56,855 nucleotides of DNA from Octopus bimaculoides (GCF_001194135.2 NC_069005.1:11939505-11996359); one strand, 5' to 3'. Counted from the stretch's first letter, positions 12,845-26,335 are shown. The notes: generated by a model not told the origin, from the sequence alone. Numbers and translations are program-made.

Positions 12845-14201
12845 CAACAACACACACTTATATATATATAGGTACATATAGTTTTCTTAATCTTCTGTTA
12901 ATCTTAACACTTTTCCTGATCGTTCTTCAAAAGTGAAAACCTTCTTTTGGATTCCCTTTTCACATATCTTAATTTCTACTTTTGCTTTCTTAATTCCCAA
13001 ATATATTTTTAGCCTCATCAATTGACATCTCATCTCTCCCTGACGAAGTTTGCAACCCCGAAATGTCAGGTATTTCACTCTTTGTCCCCTCTAATATTAT
13101 CTTTTGCATTTATTCAAAATTACTATAGTCTGTGATGCTTTTATATAGTCATATATTGGTCAGGATGAGATTAAAAGTGTCTTAAAAGGATTGAAACGCC
13201 GAAACTGTTTAGACACATATTTTAGTGGTTTCTGTTCTAAGGAGATATATGACTTTGACAACATCACTATCCCCGTCATCATCATCACCATAGTCGCTCA
13301 TATAATGACATAGATACCAACTAGCTTTAATACACATTTGAACAGACCACACATACATAAGGTATTACTTTTATACTCTAAACCTATTAGCGTGTTTAAT
13401 TAAATTTAAATACTGAATTTATTCGGTATCTATCTTGTATTTTGTGTCTTTCATTTATACTCAAATACGCACCTTCACACATACACTTCGTTTCTGTTAT
13501 ACACACGCATAGTTACACTTCCACGATCATAGACGCATTGCGTGTTGCTACACAGGAGTTTGTGTATGCGTTTGTGTGTTTGTGCGTGCCTGCGTGTGTG
13601 TGTGGGCGCCTGCGCGTGTAGGTGGTTATGTGGTGTGTGTGTGTGTGTGTGTGTGTGTTTGTGTGTGTGCGTAATGTTTATTATTCTCTAACCTCGATTG
13701 TTGGCCAATAAGTTTTCAACAGATTTAAAATTCCTTGGAATATATTTCCACGACTGCTTTCGTAAAGAGCCCTTGACGTCACACAACACCTCAGCCAGAT
13801 TTACACATAGACACGCGCGTGTGCAAACACACACATACACTCACACCCACACACACACACACTCAGATACACGCTGACGTTCGCATAATTGGACATACTT
13901 AAATACACATATGTATCTGGTTAGAGAGAGAGAGACGGCTGAGGGAATCGTCTATACTTGCACATACAAGAACATACACAAGAGATATCAAGTATAAAAT
14001 GAAAATAATTAACCGGATTCGTGCAGGAATAAATTTACTGAATTAAAGATGAGGAGAAGAATATATACCAATGTTCTTTAGAAAAATAAATATACAAATA
14101 AATAATGAAAAAAAGTAAAGTGAAAACAGCGACAAGAGGAAAAACAAATCTGAAATCTCGTGAGGCCGAAATGTGTACATGTGTTTGTGTGCGTCCGTGC
14201 G

Positions 14202-14204
<3 letters not shown>

Positions 14205-14291
<87 letters not shown>

Positions 14292-14298
14292 TGTGTGT
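14205..14298. repeat. (TG)n microsatellite
   Basis: Direct TG run. Confidence 0.95.
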
Positions 14299-14726
14299 AT
14301 CTAATGCTTGAAAGCGTTTGGTAGAAAAACAATAGAAATTTGTTTGTAGACTTGTTGAAGTTGGATGTAAAGTATTCATTGTAATCATTATGCGCCGATG
14401 GTTGTTCTTGCTAAGCCTAGCTCAGCGTGAAGCCAGTACCACCATGAGTGATTCTAGATTATATTGGAGAAGACAAACCACTGGATTTGATTAAAAAGAG
14501 GTGATGAGCAATAGCTGGAAGAATACTGAGGAAAGTCTAGTAGGCAGTTGATTTATGAAGCGGGGCCTCATCTCAAGTAGGAAGAGGGGAGGCGGTGCAC
14601 AATAATGCCGTCGAAAGGACATCTCTGAAACAGCGCTCATTCTCTTCTGATGACCACACAACTCGGTAGAGTTTTTAACTGGTAGCACTTGTATCCGAAA
14701 GTTCTTTGCAGCAAAAAAAAAGAAAA

Positions 14727-14772
<46 letters not shown>

Positions 14773-15062
14773 GCACTCAAAGAATCCATTTTTTGTTCCT
14801 GGATTTGAACATAGGACGTTTAATTTCGGAGCTACGATTATGGCCATACTGAAAAGCGATTCCACGGTGAGTTAGTTGATTGCTCCAAATTCAGCACTTG
14901 TCTCAATCTCTATGTTATCCTCATCACCACTACCAAAAGGTGATCAGTAAACATGACATCGGTTAATGTTGAACTCAGAAACTACAGAACAGAAAGAAGT
15001 ACCGCAAGACATTATTCTCGGACACTAATGCTTTTCGTTATCCATTTCTTTAATCAGTTAAC

Positions 15063-15512
15063 CTTTCTTTTACTTATTTTAATCATTAGACTGCGGCCTT
15101 GCTGGGGAACGGCCTGGCAGGTTTTAGTCGAACAATTTGATTCCAGTACCCAACACTTTTCTAAAAAGTTTGATAATTAATTTATGGGCTTCTTTTAACC
15201 GAGCCGCTAACAAATCAACACCAGTTTTCAGGCAAAGGGAAACACGCTCGCACATACACACAAAGGCACGCACACACACACACGCATGCACACGCACGCA
15301 TACACACTCACACACGCACACATTCACACACACACACACATGTACGATGGGCTTCTTTTAGTTTCTGTCCATCAAATCCACTCGTAATACATTGGTCAGC
15401 TCGCTTGGGATTGCAGTAGATGACACTTGCCTAAGGAGCCTCGCAGTTAGACGGAACCGAAAACGATGTTGTTGGGAAACAAACTTCTAACCACACAGCC
15501 ACGCTTTCGCCT
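15063..15512 (-). mobile_element. SINE family A with internal (CA)n
   Basis: tcattagactgcggccttgctgg...gatgggcttcttttagtttc...gtagatgacacttgcctaagg...ccacacagccacgctttcgcct. Confidence 0.85.
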
Positions 15513-16245
15513 ATATATCATACATTTTCAACAAAGCAAAGCCAACACCTCGGTTAACCCTCATTGGCTATGGTACTGCATGGGGTCCAATTATTGATAT
15601 TATCTACCAAGAATTACTGGCTTGCAGTTCTTCTTTTAGCATTCATCTTACTTTCTCTAAGCAATCTCTGGAAATCATTTTGTTTTCAAATTAAATGTCC
15701 ATAATATCTTAGTTTTATCTCATTGATAGGATCTAATCAATATTTTCTTATTATGCTGATTTAGTATTTGTTTTATATTTTCTAGGTGTCTTGTCTTCTC
15801 GATGCACAAATTTCAAAGGCTTCTTAAATCTGTTTGATGGTACTTTTGTGAATGTTCATTTCTCAGTTGCTGTCGTAGGATTTTAAGAAGTTTATGATTT
15901 CATGACGTCTTAAAAATCTCTCTCATGTCTGAATACTTGCAAAAAAAATTTGGAGTCTTATAGAAAGTCCTCTTATAAGATTTCAAAATCACGGCAAGTA
16001 ATAAGAGTGCCAGCCTTCCCCTTCTTCGTCTGATTTGAAGATCTACGTGTGTCATTTTAAGTCGTTGAAGTAAACATTGAAATTATTATAGCTTTTAGAT
16101 AAAAGAGGACGGCGAGCCGGCAGAATCATTAGAGCGTCAGAATTAATACTTTGTTGTATTTCTTTAGGCTCTTTATGTTCTGAGTTTGAGTTCAAATCCT
16201 ATTGAGGTCAGCTGTACCATTAAGTCGGTGAAGTGGAAGAATCTA

Positions 16246-16471
16246 CGAGGGTGTGCTGAAAAACGCCTGTCTTTAAGGCGATCATGAAAGATCTGGTTGG
16301 AGGCCCAACCGTCCGAGTTTTTTACACGAGGTCTTAGATAAACTAAAGGGCCGCTGCAATAAGTGTATGAATCTGAGAGGGGAATATGTTGGATAACAAT
16401 CATAATAATCTGATCCTCCTCTAATTCGAATTCCTTTTACCCAAAGCTAGGAACTTTTCAGCACCCCCTCC
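16246..16471 (+). mobile_element. mariner-derived MITE / internally deleted mariner with TA target duplication
   Basis: TA at 16244-45 and 16472-73. TIRs cgagggtgtgctgaaaa and ggagggggtgctgaaaa (reverse complement). Interior 16291-16396 encodes, with one frameshift, IWLEAQPSEFFTRGL/KLKGRCNKCMNLRGEYVG*, a typical mariner transposase C-terminus. Confidence 0.85.
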
Positions 16472-18338
16472 TACATAGCGTATCGGTCAAAATGCTTAAC
16501 AACATTTCTTTTGATACACTTTGTTCTGAGTTCACATTCCGCATTGATCAAATTTACATTTAACGTCTCTGGAAACGATAAAATAGATACTAGGCAAGAA
16601 CTGATTTCTTTGCAATCGACTTCACCCGCCCATAAAAAAACTGGTTGCCTTGAGCAAAATTTAGAAAAGTTTATAACTTTTAAATAAAAAAGTGATAAAT
16701 TTATACCTGACTTTTTGGCGTTTGGTGCACAATTTCACTTTAAATTAATATGGCCAGTTCTCGGAATATTTTTACCTCAACTATGTTGCCAAAATAGTCC
16801 TGGTATTGATAAAAATATATTGATATAGTTAAACCGTTGGAGGGTTTGTCTGTAACAGTTGAGGATTGGACATTTGACAAGGTTGTATTAGTGTGAAACT
16901 CATTTTGGTGCCAAGCCATTTCATGGCAGATGTTTTGGTGCAAGAAAATAACATGTTTAATGAATTTTTCAATGTTCGAATAAACGACTGTAAATGATAT
17001 TTTGTATGTATGTATATACGTATGTATTTATGTACATGGATGTATATATNNNNNNNNNNNNNNNNNNNNNNNNNNNNNNNNNNNNNNNNNNNNNNNNNNN
17101 NNNNNNNNNNNNNNNNNNNNNNNNNNNNNNNNNNNNNNNNNNNNNNNNNNNNNNNNNNNNNNNNNNNNNNNNNNNNNNNNNNNNNNNNNNNNNNNNNNNN
17201 NNNNNNNNNNNNNNNNNNNNNNNNNNNNNNNNNNNNNNNNNNNNNNNNNNNNNNNNNNNNNNNNNNNNNNNNNNNNNNNNNNNNNNNNNNNNNNNNNNNN
17301 NNNNNNNNNNNNNNNNNNNNNNNNNNNNNNNNNNNNNNNNNNNNNNNNNNNNNNNNNNNNNNNNNNNNNNNNNNNNNNNNNNNNNNNNNNNNNNNNNNNN
17401 NNNNNNNNNNNNNNNNNNNNNNNNNNNNNNNNNNNNNNNNNNNNNNNNNNNNNNNNNNNNNNNNNNNNNNNNNNNNNNNNNNNNNNNNNNNNNNNNNNNN
17501 NNNNNNNNNNNNNNNNNNNNNNNNNNNNNNNNNNNNNNNNNNNNNNNNNNNNNNNNNNNNNNNNNNNNNNNNNNNNNNNNNNNNNNNNNNNNNNNNNNNN
17601 NNNNNNNNNNNNNNNNNNNNNNNNNNNNNNNNNNNNNNNNNNNNNNNNNNNNNNNNNNNNNNNNNNNNNNNNNNNNNNNNNNNNNNNNNNNNNNNNNNNN
17701 NNNNNNNNNNNNNNNNNNNNNNNNNNNNNNNNNNNNNNNNNNNNNNNNNNNNNNNNNNNNNNNNNNNNNNNNNNNNNNNNNNNNNNNNNNNNNNNNNNNN
17801 NNNNNNNNNATGTGCATATATATATATACATATATACAGATGTGCATATATATACATATATATATATATGTATATATACAAACACATACATATATATATT
17901 TACATATATATGTGTGTGTGTATGCACACACATTATACATCTATAAAAACAATATGGATTTGCGTATATAAAGTTCCATTAACTTCGTCGTTTAGTAGTT
18001 ATGAGCAGGGTTGGTTAGTTCCTGACAATATCCATGTTATAACAACCAATAATAGTTTTATGTGTTCGTTTATCTCCCAATAAATTAAAAAAAGTTCTTT
18101 GACGGCTTATTTCCAACTTGTAAACCCTCATAAAATAGATCGCTATATTTTTTTGTTTTTGTATTTTTCGCAGCTCATCTATTAATTTCTATTTGGTGCA
18201 ATATTGTATACGACGATTTCATTTTAATCGACATTTAGTTGACTGAGAATAAATATTTGCCTGATCCCTGCCGTTTGATATTTTCTGATAAATGCTCTAA
18301 ATCTCGGAGAGACAAATATATACCTATATCTCTTTATT

Positions 18339-18380
<42 letters not shown>

Positions 18381-18382
18381 TA

Positions 18383-19520
18383 CAGGTTGCGATGGGTATT
18401 TGCGAATGTTTAATTATCAGTGTATTATTCTCTTCAAACCAAATGAAAGGTTGTTATTTCTTTCAGTGCACACGCATAGCAGATAAGATGCTACCACAAG
18501 AAATGAAAAGACTTGCAACCATTGTTGTCAAATGTATCAGAGATGGCCATTTAGAAATTTCCAATTTCTAAATGTTGTAAGATATTTGCTGTACAAGGTT
18601 TGAATGAGATTAAGAGCGGGAATTTTTCAACTATATATAAAAAAATTTAAAAAAACAGACAAGAAACATTCTAAATGTTCGAATATAAGATAAGGACTCC
18701 ACAATTCATGCAACACATTCAAAGCATTATCAATGATGATCCCAACAGATGAACAACCGTCGTCAAAGAATTTCAGCTGTTGGATGGGCTGTCAAGACTG
18801 TTGTGGTGGCGAGACACGACACTTTATGCGAGAATAGACTTGATTGAACGACAATGAATAGCAGCGGACTGAGTGAGAGACAGAGAGAAGGTAGGGGTTA
18901 ATTACAGAAAGTCGTAAGTTGACGTTTTAGTCGTTTGTTGGAATATCGTTTTTTGTTTCGTGTATGGTTCGTGGAGAGTTTGTTGGATTGTTACGTTGTT
19001 GTTAGCCTGTTTCGTTATATGTTTAATTGTTACTACATGATTATAGTGTAAAACAAATGTATCGTCATAACAACTGGCGATACAACAACTGTGACAACTG
19101 TGATGCAAGAAAGTATTCAATTCAAGTCGTGTGTGTTGAATGGAAGTACACGATGCCTGCAAAGGCACAAAAAAACTGTTTCATCTCTGTTGAAAGATTG
19201 TTTAACAAGTTGAAAAACGCTTGCAAAAATATACTGGGGGTCGATTTGTCTGACTAAACCCCTCATGGCAGTACTCTAGCATGGTTTGCTTTGCTACTTC
19301 TCTGATTAGAAATTCTTCGGCTGAGATTAAAAGTTTAAAGAGAAATGACAGATGTTTACATGCAAATCCTTCTGATGTCAACGGATTACTGCAACTGTGA
19401 CAGTGTTAGAGGATGAATAAAGTCTTCGAATTAATTCTGTGGCATACATTGAGGTAATGTCCTGGATGGAGGAAATATACCGTAGAAGGTTATACGTGTT
19501 TCATCGATCTAAATCCATTG
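18383..19520 (+). mobile_element. decayed maT/Tc1 (DD37D-like) DNA transposon, copy 1, interrupted by a ~490-bp insert
   Basis: ta|caggttgcgatggg is a putative left TIR. Frame fragments: MLPQEMKRLATIVV..LEISNF (18488-18570), KKHSKCS..IRTPQFMQHIQSIINDDP (18660-18750), KRNDRCLHANPSDV and SLRINSVAYIEVM..LYVFH (19340-19510). They are collinear with the copy at 24.3-25.1 kb. Confidence 0.7.
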
Positions 19521-19827
19521 AACTGTTACTTCTGAATTGTTGTTGAAAGGAAGACTACAAGACGTCTTCACAACATCATAGCTTTACATAAAATACATGC
19601 ATGTATGTGTGTGTGTGTGTGATATTTTATTTTTGGACTAATAGACATATATATATGTTAACTAGTGTGTTGAGTGAAGCTCGTTCACAGTTTGGGTTAC
19701 CTAGTATCATCCAGGCTTGGGGTATATTTCCGCTGGATCTATTTCAGGAATTCCGCAGTGTTAGTGAGATAATAATAATTCACGAAGGAGATGGAAAATA
19801 CCAATTCCATCTTCCGTTTTCTTAATC

Positions 19828-19900
<73 letters not shown>

Positions 19901-20249
19901 ATGCCCGTCTTTAATTCTCCGTCTGTTTTAATGCCTAGCACATGTTTGCTGAAGCCAATTATATAAACTGTGATAGATCTTGCGATACTACAATGCCAGA
20001 GCATCCAGCGTCTCTGAAAGTTTCAAAGACAAGAACAAGAGTTATTTTAACAATTAGCATTTCTGGATCAGAATTGTATACATCGTTAATTTCTTTTTAT
20101 ACACCACTTCTCTATCCAGAAGTCACTGGATTATAGCGTAGCTTAGCTTAATCCCAAACATGAGATTAAGTTGATATGCATTTTACTGTGAGTCTGATAA
20201 CTGTTCAAACAAAATTCTCTGTTAACATTTCAAATATAGATGAAATATT

Positions 20250-21320
20250 ACTTTGAAGTGCTTGAGCGGCGAATAAATTGCACTACGTTATTTATTCTGG
20301 TACGTTATTTAGTGAGTTCAAATCCCACAAAGGTCAGCTTACCGTCCATCCTCTTGTGGTTGATTAATAAAGTACTACCGCTGTATGGAAGCATCCCTTT
20401 TCCACTCCAGCTATTACATCCTTGGTACTCACGCGTCACGAATGTTGTCCAAAGCAAAGGCACAGGTCACTTCGATTTGATACCAGTGACGTCACAGATG
20501 AACTAAGAACGTAAGGATCTGTAACGAACACCATAAGATATTTTGTTCAACGAGCTAAAGTTTCTGCTTATTCAGTGTTCTTGTTCTGGTACTTTATTTT
20601 ATCGGCCCCGTTGGTGAATAAGAGGCAAAAATGACGCTCAAATATTAATTTCAAATCTGCTCAAATATTGATTTCAAACTCTGATGCAAACTCAGCAATG
20701 TCGATGAAGGGATAAAGCGATTACATCGACCCCAGTGCTCAACTGGTACTTATTTTATCGACTCTGGAAGGATGAAACGCAAAGTCGATCCCGGTGAAAA
20801 GCGAACTCACAACGTGACGACCGACGAAATACTACTAAGAATGTTTCACGAATTACCAACGATTCTGTCAGCTCACCGCTGACAGATATTGCAAATAGAT
20901 GGTTTTCTAAAGCACTAGGAATTTTGCGAAATCCACTGTTCTGCGCCAGTACTTTATTTCATTTACCCAAAGCGATGAAAAGTAAGGAATTTGATGTCAG
21001 AACGCAACAAACCGGAAAAAATTAAATTGTAATATAAGCACGAGGACTGAAAAGTGTAAGAGAAAAGTTAGTCGGTGTAATCTATACCAGATCTTAAATG
21101 GTACTTATTTTTATTGAACACGAAGCGATAAAAATCAGAGTTGTCATCTGCTGGATTTGAACTTAGAACGTAATGATCCGGAAGAAATAATGCACTGTGT
21201 TTGTATGCTACACTAACCATTCAGCGAAATCAAACCTTCACAAAGTCAGTTACGATCGACTTACATATCCCTACAAAATGGCTGGTACTTTTTGGTTATC
21301 TCACACCCATTAAAAAATTA
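20250..21320. mobile_element. cluster of about 5 degenerate SINE family B fragments, mostly minus strand
   Basis: Repeated ggtacttattttatcg..cccg..ggatgaa..tttgaactcagaacgtaa modules at about 20585, 20740, 20950 and 21100; plus-strand copy at about 20250-20400. Confidence 0.7.
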
Positions 21321-21531
21321 CCATTAAAAAACTGGGTTATCTCCCCACTAAAAAATTTAGTTTATGTATGTCACAAGAGATTGGATTAAAAGCAATCCTT
21401 TTGATTCAATACTTCAACACATTGTAGACGTTTGGCCTCTTCAATAGGCATGGTATGGTTTGTTATAAAAATATTATTAGATTCAGTAAGATGTTTGATT
21501 TTTTCAGTTTTGTATGATTTGTTATAAAACC

Positions 21532-21747
21532 ATTATTTTCTACTCTAGGTACAAGACCCGAAATTTTTGGAGAGGGGGCCAGTCGGTTAGATCGACCCCA
21601 GTACGTAACTGGTACTTAATTTATCAACCTCGAAAGGATGAAAGGCAATGTCGACCTCAGCGGAATTTGAACTCAGAACGTAAAGACAGACGAAACACAG
21701 CTAAGCTTTTCGCCCGGCTTGCTAACGTTTCTGCTAGCTCGCCGCCT
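21532..21747 (-). mobile_element. SINE family B, well preserved full length
   Basis: Minus strand: ggcggcgagctagcagaaacgttagc...gttctgagttcaaattccgctgaggtcgac...aagtaccagttacgtactggggtcgatc...gtacctagagtagaaaataatg. Confidence 0.9.
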
Positions 21748-22370
21748 TGCGTTATGAAAAGAAACACTATCAGATTCAATATGAGGTTTCATCGTTTCAC
21801 CTTTCATTGTTTTTTTTTGTTTTTTTTGAAGGTTAAAAAATGTTTTTGAGGGAGAAACCAAAAGTACCGATATTTTGCATAAAACGTGGGGTGATGGAGT
21901 TGAGATAACCAAAAACTACCAACTGGTTAGCCCTATTCTTATATTAGAATCCATTATCAATAGAATTATTAGAATTTGTAAACGACACTTCATAACCTAT
22001 TTACATGTATTATTACACGACTACCCGCTGATGTAATTGTTACTGTGTAGCCCGATATTCAAAGTGGTTTTGTATAAATACAATGACTCACAGGAGCATA
22101 AAAGCATATATACACAGACAAAAAACATTATTGAAATACTCAGGCGATATTGTCCTATCGTAGAATTGTTGCCACACACTAAGAAAACACCAGCAGTATT
22201 GACATTGATTATTTTTTTCATACTATATTCTACAGCTATAATTTCACTCATTCTAAGAATTACATTGATCGTGATGACATATCAATTGGAAACATATAAG
22301 TATATATGTATATGTTTGTTTGTCTGTGTGTATGTATATGTGCGCATACACGCATGTATGCATACACTCG

Positions 22371-22402
<32 letters not shown>

Positions 22403-23800
22403 TGTATGCATACATATATTTACTTGTGTATTTCGTCACTTGAGTTTCACATCACTGCGACTTTTAGGTGAAGACTACTTCATTTTCTTATTATGTTCTA
22501 NNNNNNNNNNNNNNNNNNNNNNNNNNNNNNNNNNNNNNNNNNNNNNNNNNNNNNNNNNNNNNNNNNNNNNNNNNNNNNNNNNNNNNNNNNNNNNNNNNNN
22601 NNNNNNNNNNNNNNNNNNNNNNNNNNNNNNNNNNNNNNNNNNNNNNNNNNNNNNNNNNNNNNNNNNNNNNNNNNNNNNNNNNNNNNNNNNNNNNNNNNNN
22701 NNNNNNNNNNNNNNNNNNNNNNNNNNNNNNNNNNNNNNNNNNNNNNNNNNNNNNNNNNNNNNNNNNNNNNNNNNNNNNNNNNNNNNNNNNNNNNNNNNNN
22801 NNNNNNNNNNNNNNNNNNNNNNNNNNNNNNNNNNNNNNNNNNNNNNNNNNNNNNNNNNNNNNNNNNNNNNNNNNNNNNNNNNNNNNNNNNNNNNNNNNNN
22901 NNNNNNNNNNNNNNNNNNNNNNNNNNNNNNNNNNNNNNNNNNNNNNNNNNNNNNNNNNNNNNNNNNNNNNNNNNNNNNNNNNNNNNNNNNNNNNNNNNNN
23001 NNNNNNNNNNNNNNNNNNNNNNNNNNNNNNNNNNNNNNNNNNNNNNNNNNNNNNNNNNNNNNNNNNNNNNNNNNNNNNNNNNNNNNNNNNNNNNNNNNNN
23101 NNNNNNNNNNNNNNNNNNNNNNNNNNNNNNNNNNNNNNNNNNNNNNNNNNNNNNNNNNNNNNNNNNNNNNNNNNNNNNNNNNNNNNNNNNNNNNNNNNNN
23201 NNNNNNNNNNNNNNNNNNNNNNNNNNNNNNNNNNNNNNNNNNNNNNNNNNNNNNNNNNNNNNNNNATATATATATTCATATATACTTATATACATAAAGT
23301 ACGTGTATGTGGGTAAACGCATGTGTTAGAACGTGCACTTATCTTTCTCCTCGTATGTTGTATTAAATTAAGCTATGTTTTTATTCATTTAGAAAAGATT
23401 CTTACTGTACACACGACACACATTTACGTATAGAGCAGAAACGAGTCTTAATTCACAATGAAGATCGATATAAGAAGGGAAAATGGATTTCAAAACGATT
23501 CTGTAAGAAAGCATTGGGGAAAAAAAACCTCACACACACAAACACATTCACGCAAGTGTGAAAAAATGCACACATCTCATAATACGCATCATGCGGATGC
23601 GCGTTAAAAGTACTTTAGTAACCAAGGTTACAAAAAGGGAGGCGAATATTAGTACTAGCAAAAGGATTTCGTTTATCACTGACTGCTGTAGTCAACGCCC
23701 ATTCACCGAAAGGATTATCAAAATGCAAATAATATATGTAAGTCGGAAACTGAAAGAAGCTCGTCGTATAGATCCCTCCATATTTATATATTTATATATA

Positions 23801-23880
<80 letters not shown>

Positions 23881-24319
23881 TGTGTTTTGGGGTTTGGTTA
23901 CAGAAAGAAGAATAGAAAAATGAAAAAAGGAAGAAATGATTACGTGTTTTCTTAGATGGTTGATTTGATGACAGGTCAAAGGAGCTCAAATTGCTGCTTT
24001 AACTCATTGAAATGCCGACAGGCTTTTCGGTTAGCTTTTATACTGCCTAGATATAAAACTCATCAAGTTGTTTGGCTTTTAACTCACTGCTTGTGCGCCA
24101 GTGTGTGGTGGTGATTGACTGATAGGAAATTCTTCCAGAAACTTTATCAACAGTAATAATAATTATTAGCGTGACGAAAATTACTGGTATTAAAAATGTT
24201 GGGCTGTCGTCAAATCAAGCCTCTCAGAAAACACTACTTTATTATTTAAATCATTTTTTCCTCTAACCAAATCTCATAAAAATCACTCATATGTACACCA
24301 GGTTGTCTCGGCAAATGAA

Positions 24320-25100
24320 AAGTCACGCTGTAAGCGTTTGAGTTAAAAGCGCAGCATAGTGACACAGAGATAGATCGCTTCCTTGAAAGTTACCCACTCC
24401 TTCGTTATCAAATTCGAAAGGAGTTAGAAGCTAATGATCCGGATCAAACATTAGTAGCTAAATGCGACACGCTTATTCATTGTCTTAATACTATCAGAAC
24501 ACATAACTTTGTAGAACAAATCCAAGAAATAAGCCAATGAAATCCATTGAAACCAAAATCATTGCAAATGGCCTCAAGTTTTCAAAGGGTACCATCACAA
24601 GAGTTTTGTAAGAGATTTGTATGTGAAACCGATTGGTCAGTTTTAGTGGGATATGCCAAGAGAATCGTTCGACTTGTGTGAGGTTCTGGTTAAGCAAGTT
24701 CAAACAACTAGATATTGGGATGCCTTGGTTTTTATCTGATGAGAACTTCAATCAGGACCAAACGGTAGAGGCCCGAATGAGGTTCTGACGGTCATGCATA
24801 CTAGGTTCCCAGCAACTGTGATGGTTCTGGAGTCGTCAGCAACGAGAGAAATGTTATACGTCCTTCCTTGTTTTCACACGAATTAAGAAAGAGTCAACAC
24901 GACAGCCTACACAGAGATTTTGGAAAAAGTTGGGAAGCCCTGCATACACAGGGTACACAACTGAAAACCGAATGTCTACCAACAGGACTACACCATCTCA
25001 TAAGGAAAGGACAAAGCAAGCGTAGATGCATGCCAATCATCTTGATCACATTCTCTCAAATACATGGCCTTCTACCTCACTACATCAACATCAATTGAGA
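24320..25100 (+). mobile_element. decayed maT/Tc1 (DD37D-like) transposase, copy 2
   Basis: Frameshifted fragments: MKSHAV..KAQHSDTEIDRFL..IRKELEA, IRTHNFVEQIQEI, GMPWFLSDENFNQDQ (first catalytic D), VMHTRFPATVMVL, VYQQD (second D), DHILSNTWPSTS. Confidence 0.8.
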
Positions 25101-25104
25101 AACA

Positions 25105-25290
25105 GTGTTCGTTTGTTTACATACTCGCAACTTAGCTATTCGGCAAAAGAAACCGATAGCATAAGTACCTGAGTTAAAATGGAAAACAAAAACGTAAGTA
25201 CTGTGGGCGATGTGTTTGATATAAATCCTTCAAGGTGGTGTCCCAGCTTGCCTGCAACCCAATGCCTGAAACAAGCAAAAGATGAAAAGC
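25105..25290 (+). mobile_element. SINE family A 3' module; truncates the transposon on its right
   Basis: cttagctattcggcaaaagaaaccgatagcataagtac...ggtggtgtcccagc...gaaacaagcaaaagatgaaaag. Confidence 0.75.
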
Positions 25291-25796
25291 AAATCAAAAT
25301 AACTTTCATTCAAAATCCATCGAATCTGGTCGTTTTAATAATATAATATATTGGTATGATCAATCTCACACTATTTACCAATCAATCAATCAGATCAAAT
25401 CAGATGATAGTCAGACATAAAATATCTAAATAAATCAAGGTAGGCTTTCATCCACTTCAGAACCAAAAAGAAAGAAAAACCAGAATAAAAACACTAAATA
25501 TTAAATAGAAAAAAAGTCATTGATTAAAATTCGATATTTTCTACCTTTCAACGTTTATGAGATCAAAAACATAAATCGTGAACTAATATAATTATAGCGC
25601 CAAATAATTATAAATAGTCTATATCTTGCATGCATACTATAAACATTATTGATCATATGCTAAACTCATTATCCGATTTTCGAGATTGCGATTTACTTTA
25701 AACCAAAACTGATAGTATATGAGTCAACAAGGGAAAGAGCGGACGGTTCAGGTTCAAACACACTTGTATTGCAATAGCTTCGTGGTAAGGGCCATA

Positions 25797-26335
25797 TCTT
25801 TTGTTTCAGTCATTGGATTGCGACCATGTTGCAGTACCACCATGAGAGGTTTAGTCAGAAAAATCGCTCCCGCACCCATGTATTTCTTTCGTTTTAGGCT
25901 TGGTATTTATTTTATCTGGCTCATTTGTCGGACCATTGATGTCATGGGGACGGAAAAAAGCCAGCACCGGTTGTCAAGTAGTGGTTAGCACAAACATAAA
26001 CACAGACACACATATATCATGCACATATATGCACGCACACACTCACACACGCATACACGTCCCCACACGTATATATGTATGTATGTATATAAGTTACATA
26101 TCTATGTATGTGTATGTACGTATATATTTGTGTATATATATATATATATNNNNNNNNNNATGCATATATACATACATACATATGTACTTATCAATGTATC
26201 CACGAGCACCCATGCAATGTTCGTCAACCAAATTCACCGAATGAGCAACTAGGCCTTAGTCGTCCCTGAGATTATAGACCAAAACACTTATTCTATAACC
26301 ACAGGCGAAACCACATGTTGGCAAAGCGAGCCATG
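25797..26335 (-). mobile_element. SINE family A, diverged, with internal microsatellite and gap
   Basis: ttttgtttcagtcattggattgcgaccatg...accaaattcacc...ggccttagtcgtccctgagattatagaccaaaacac. Confidence 0.75.

Noticed and set aside
14500-14630. C-box GTGATGA with CTGA, suggesting a C/D snoRNA
   Set aside because: No terminal stem, and box spacing is unconvincing.
14815-14872. AG/GTGAGT-bounded mini exon
   Set aside because: The sequence resembles a decayed SINE-A 3' module (cgattatggccatactg..gttagttg).
20250-21750. Repeat-spacer-like recurrence suggesting CRISPR
   Set aside because: Eukaryotic context, irregular spacing and diverged units that are SINE fragments; no cas genes.
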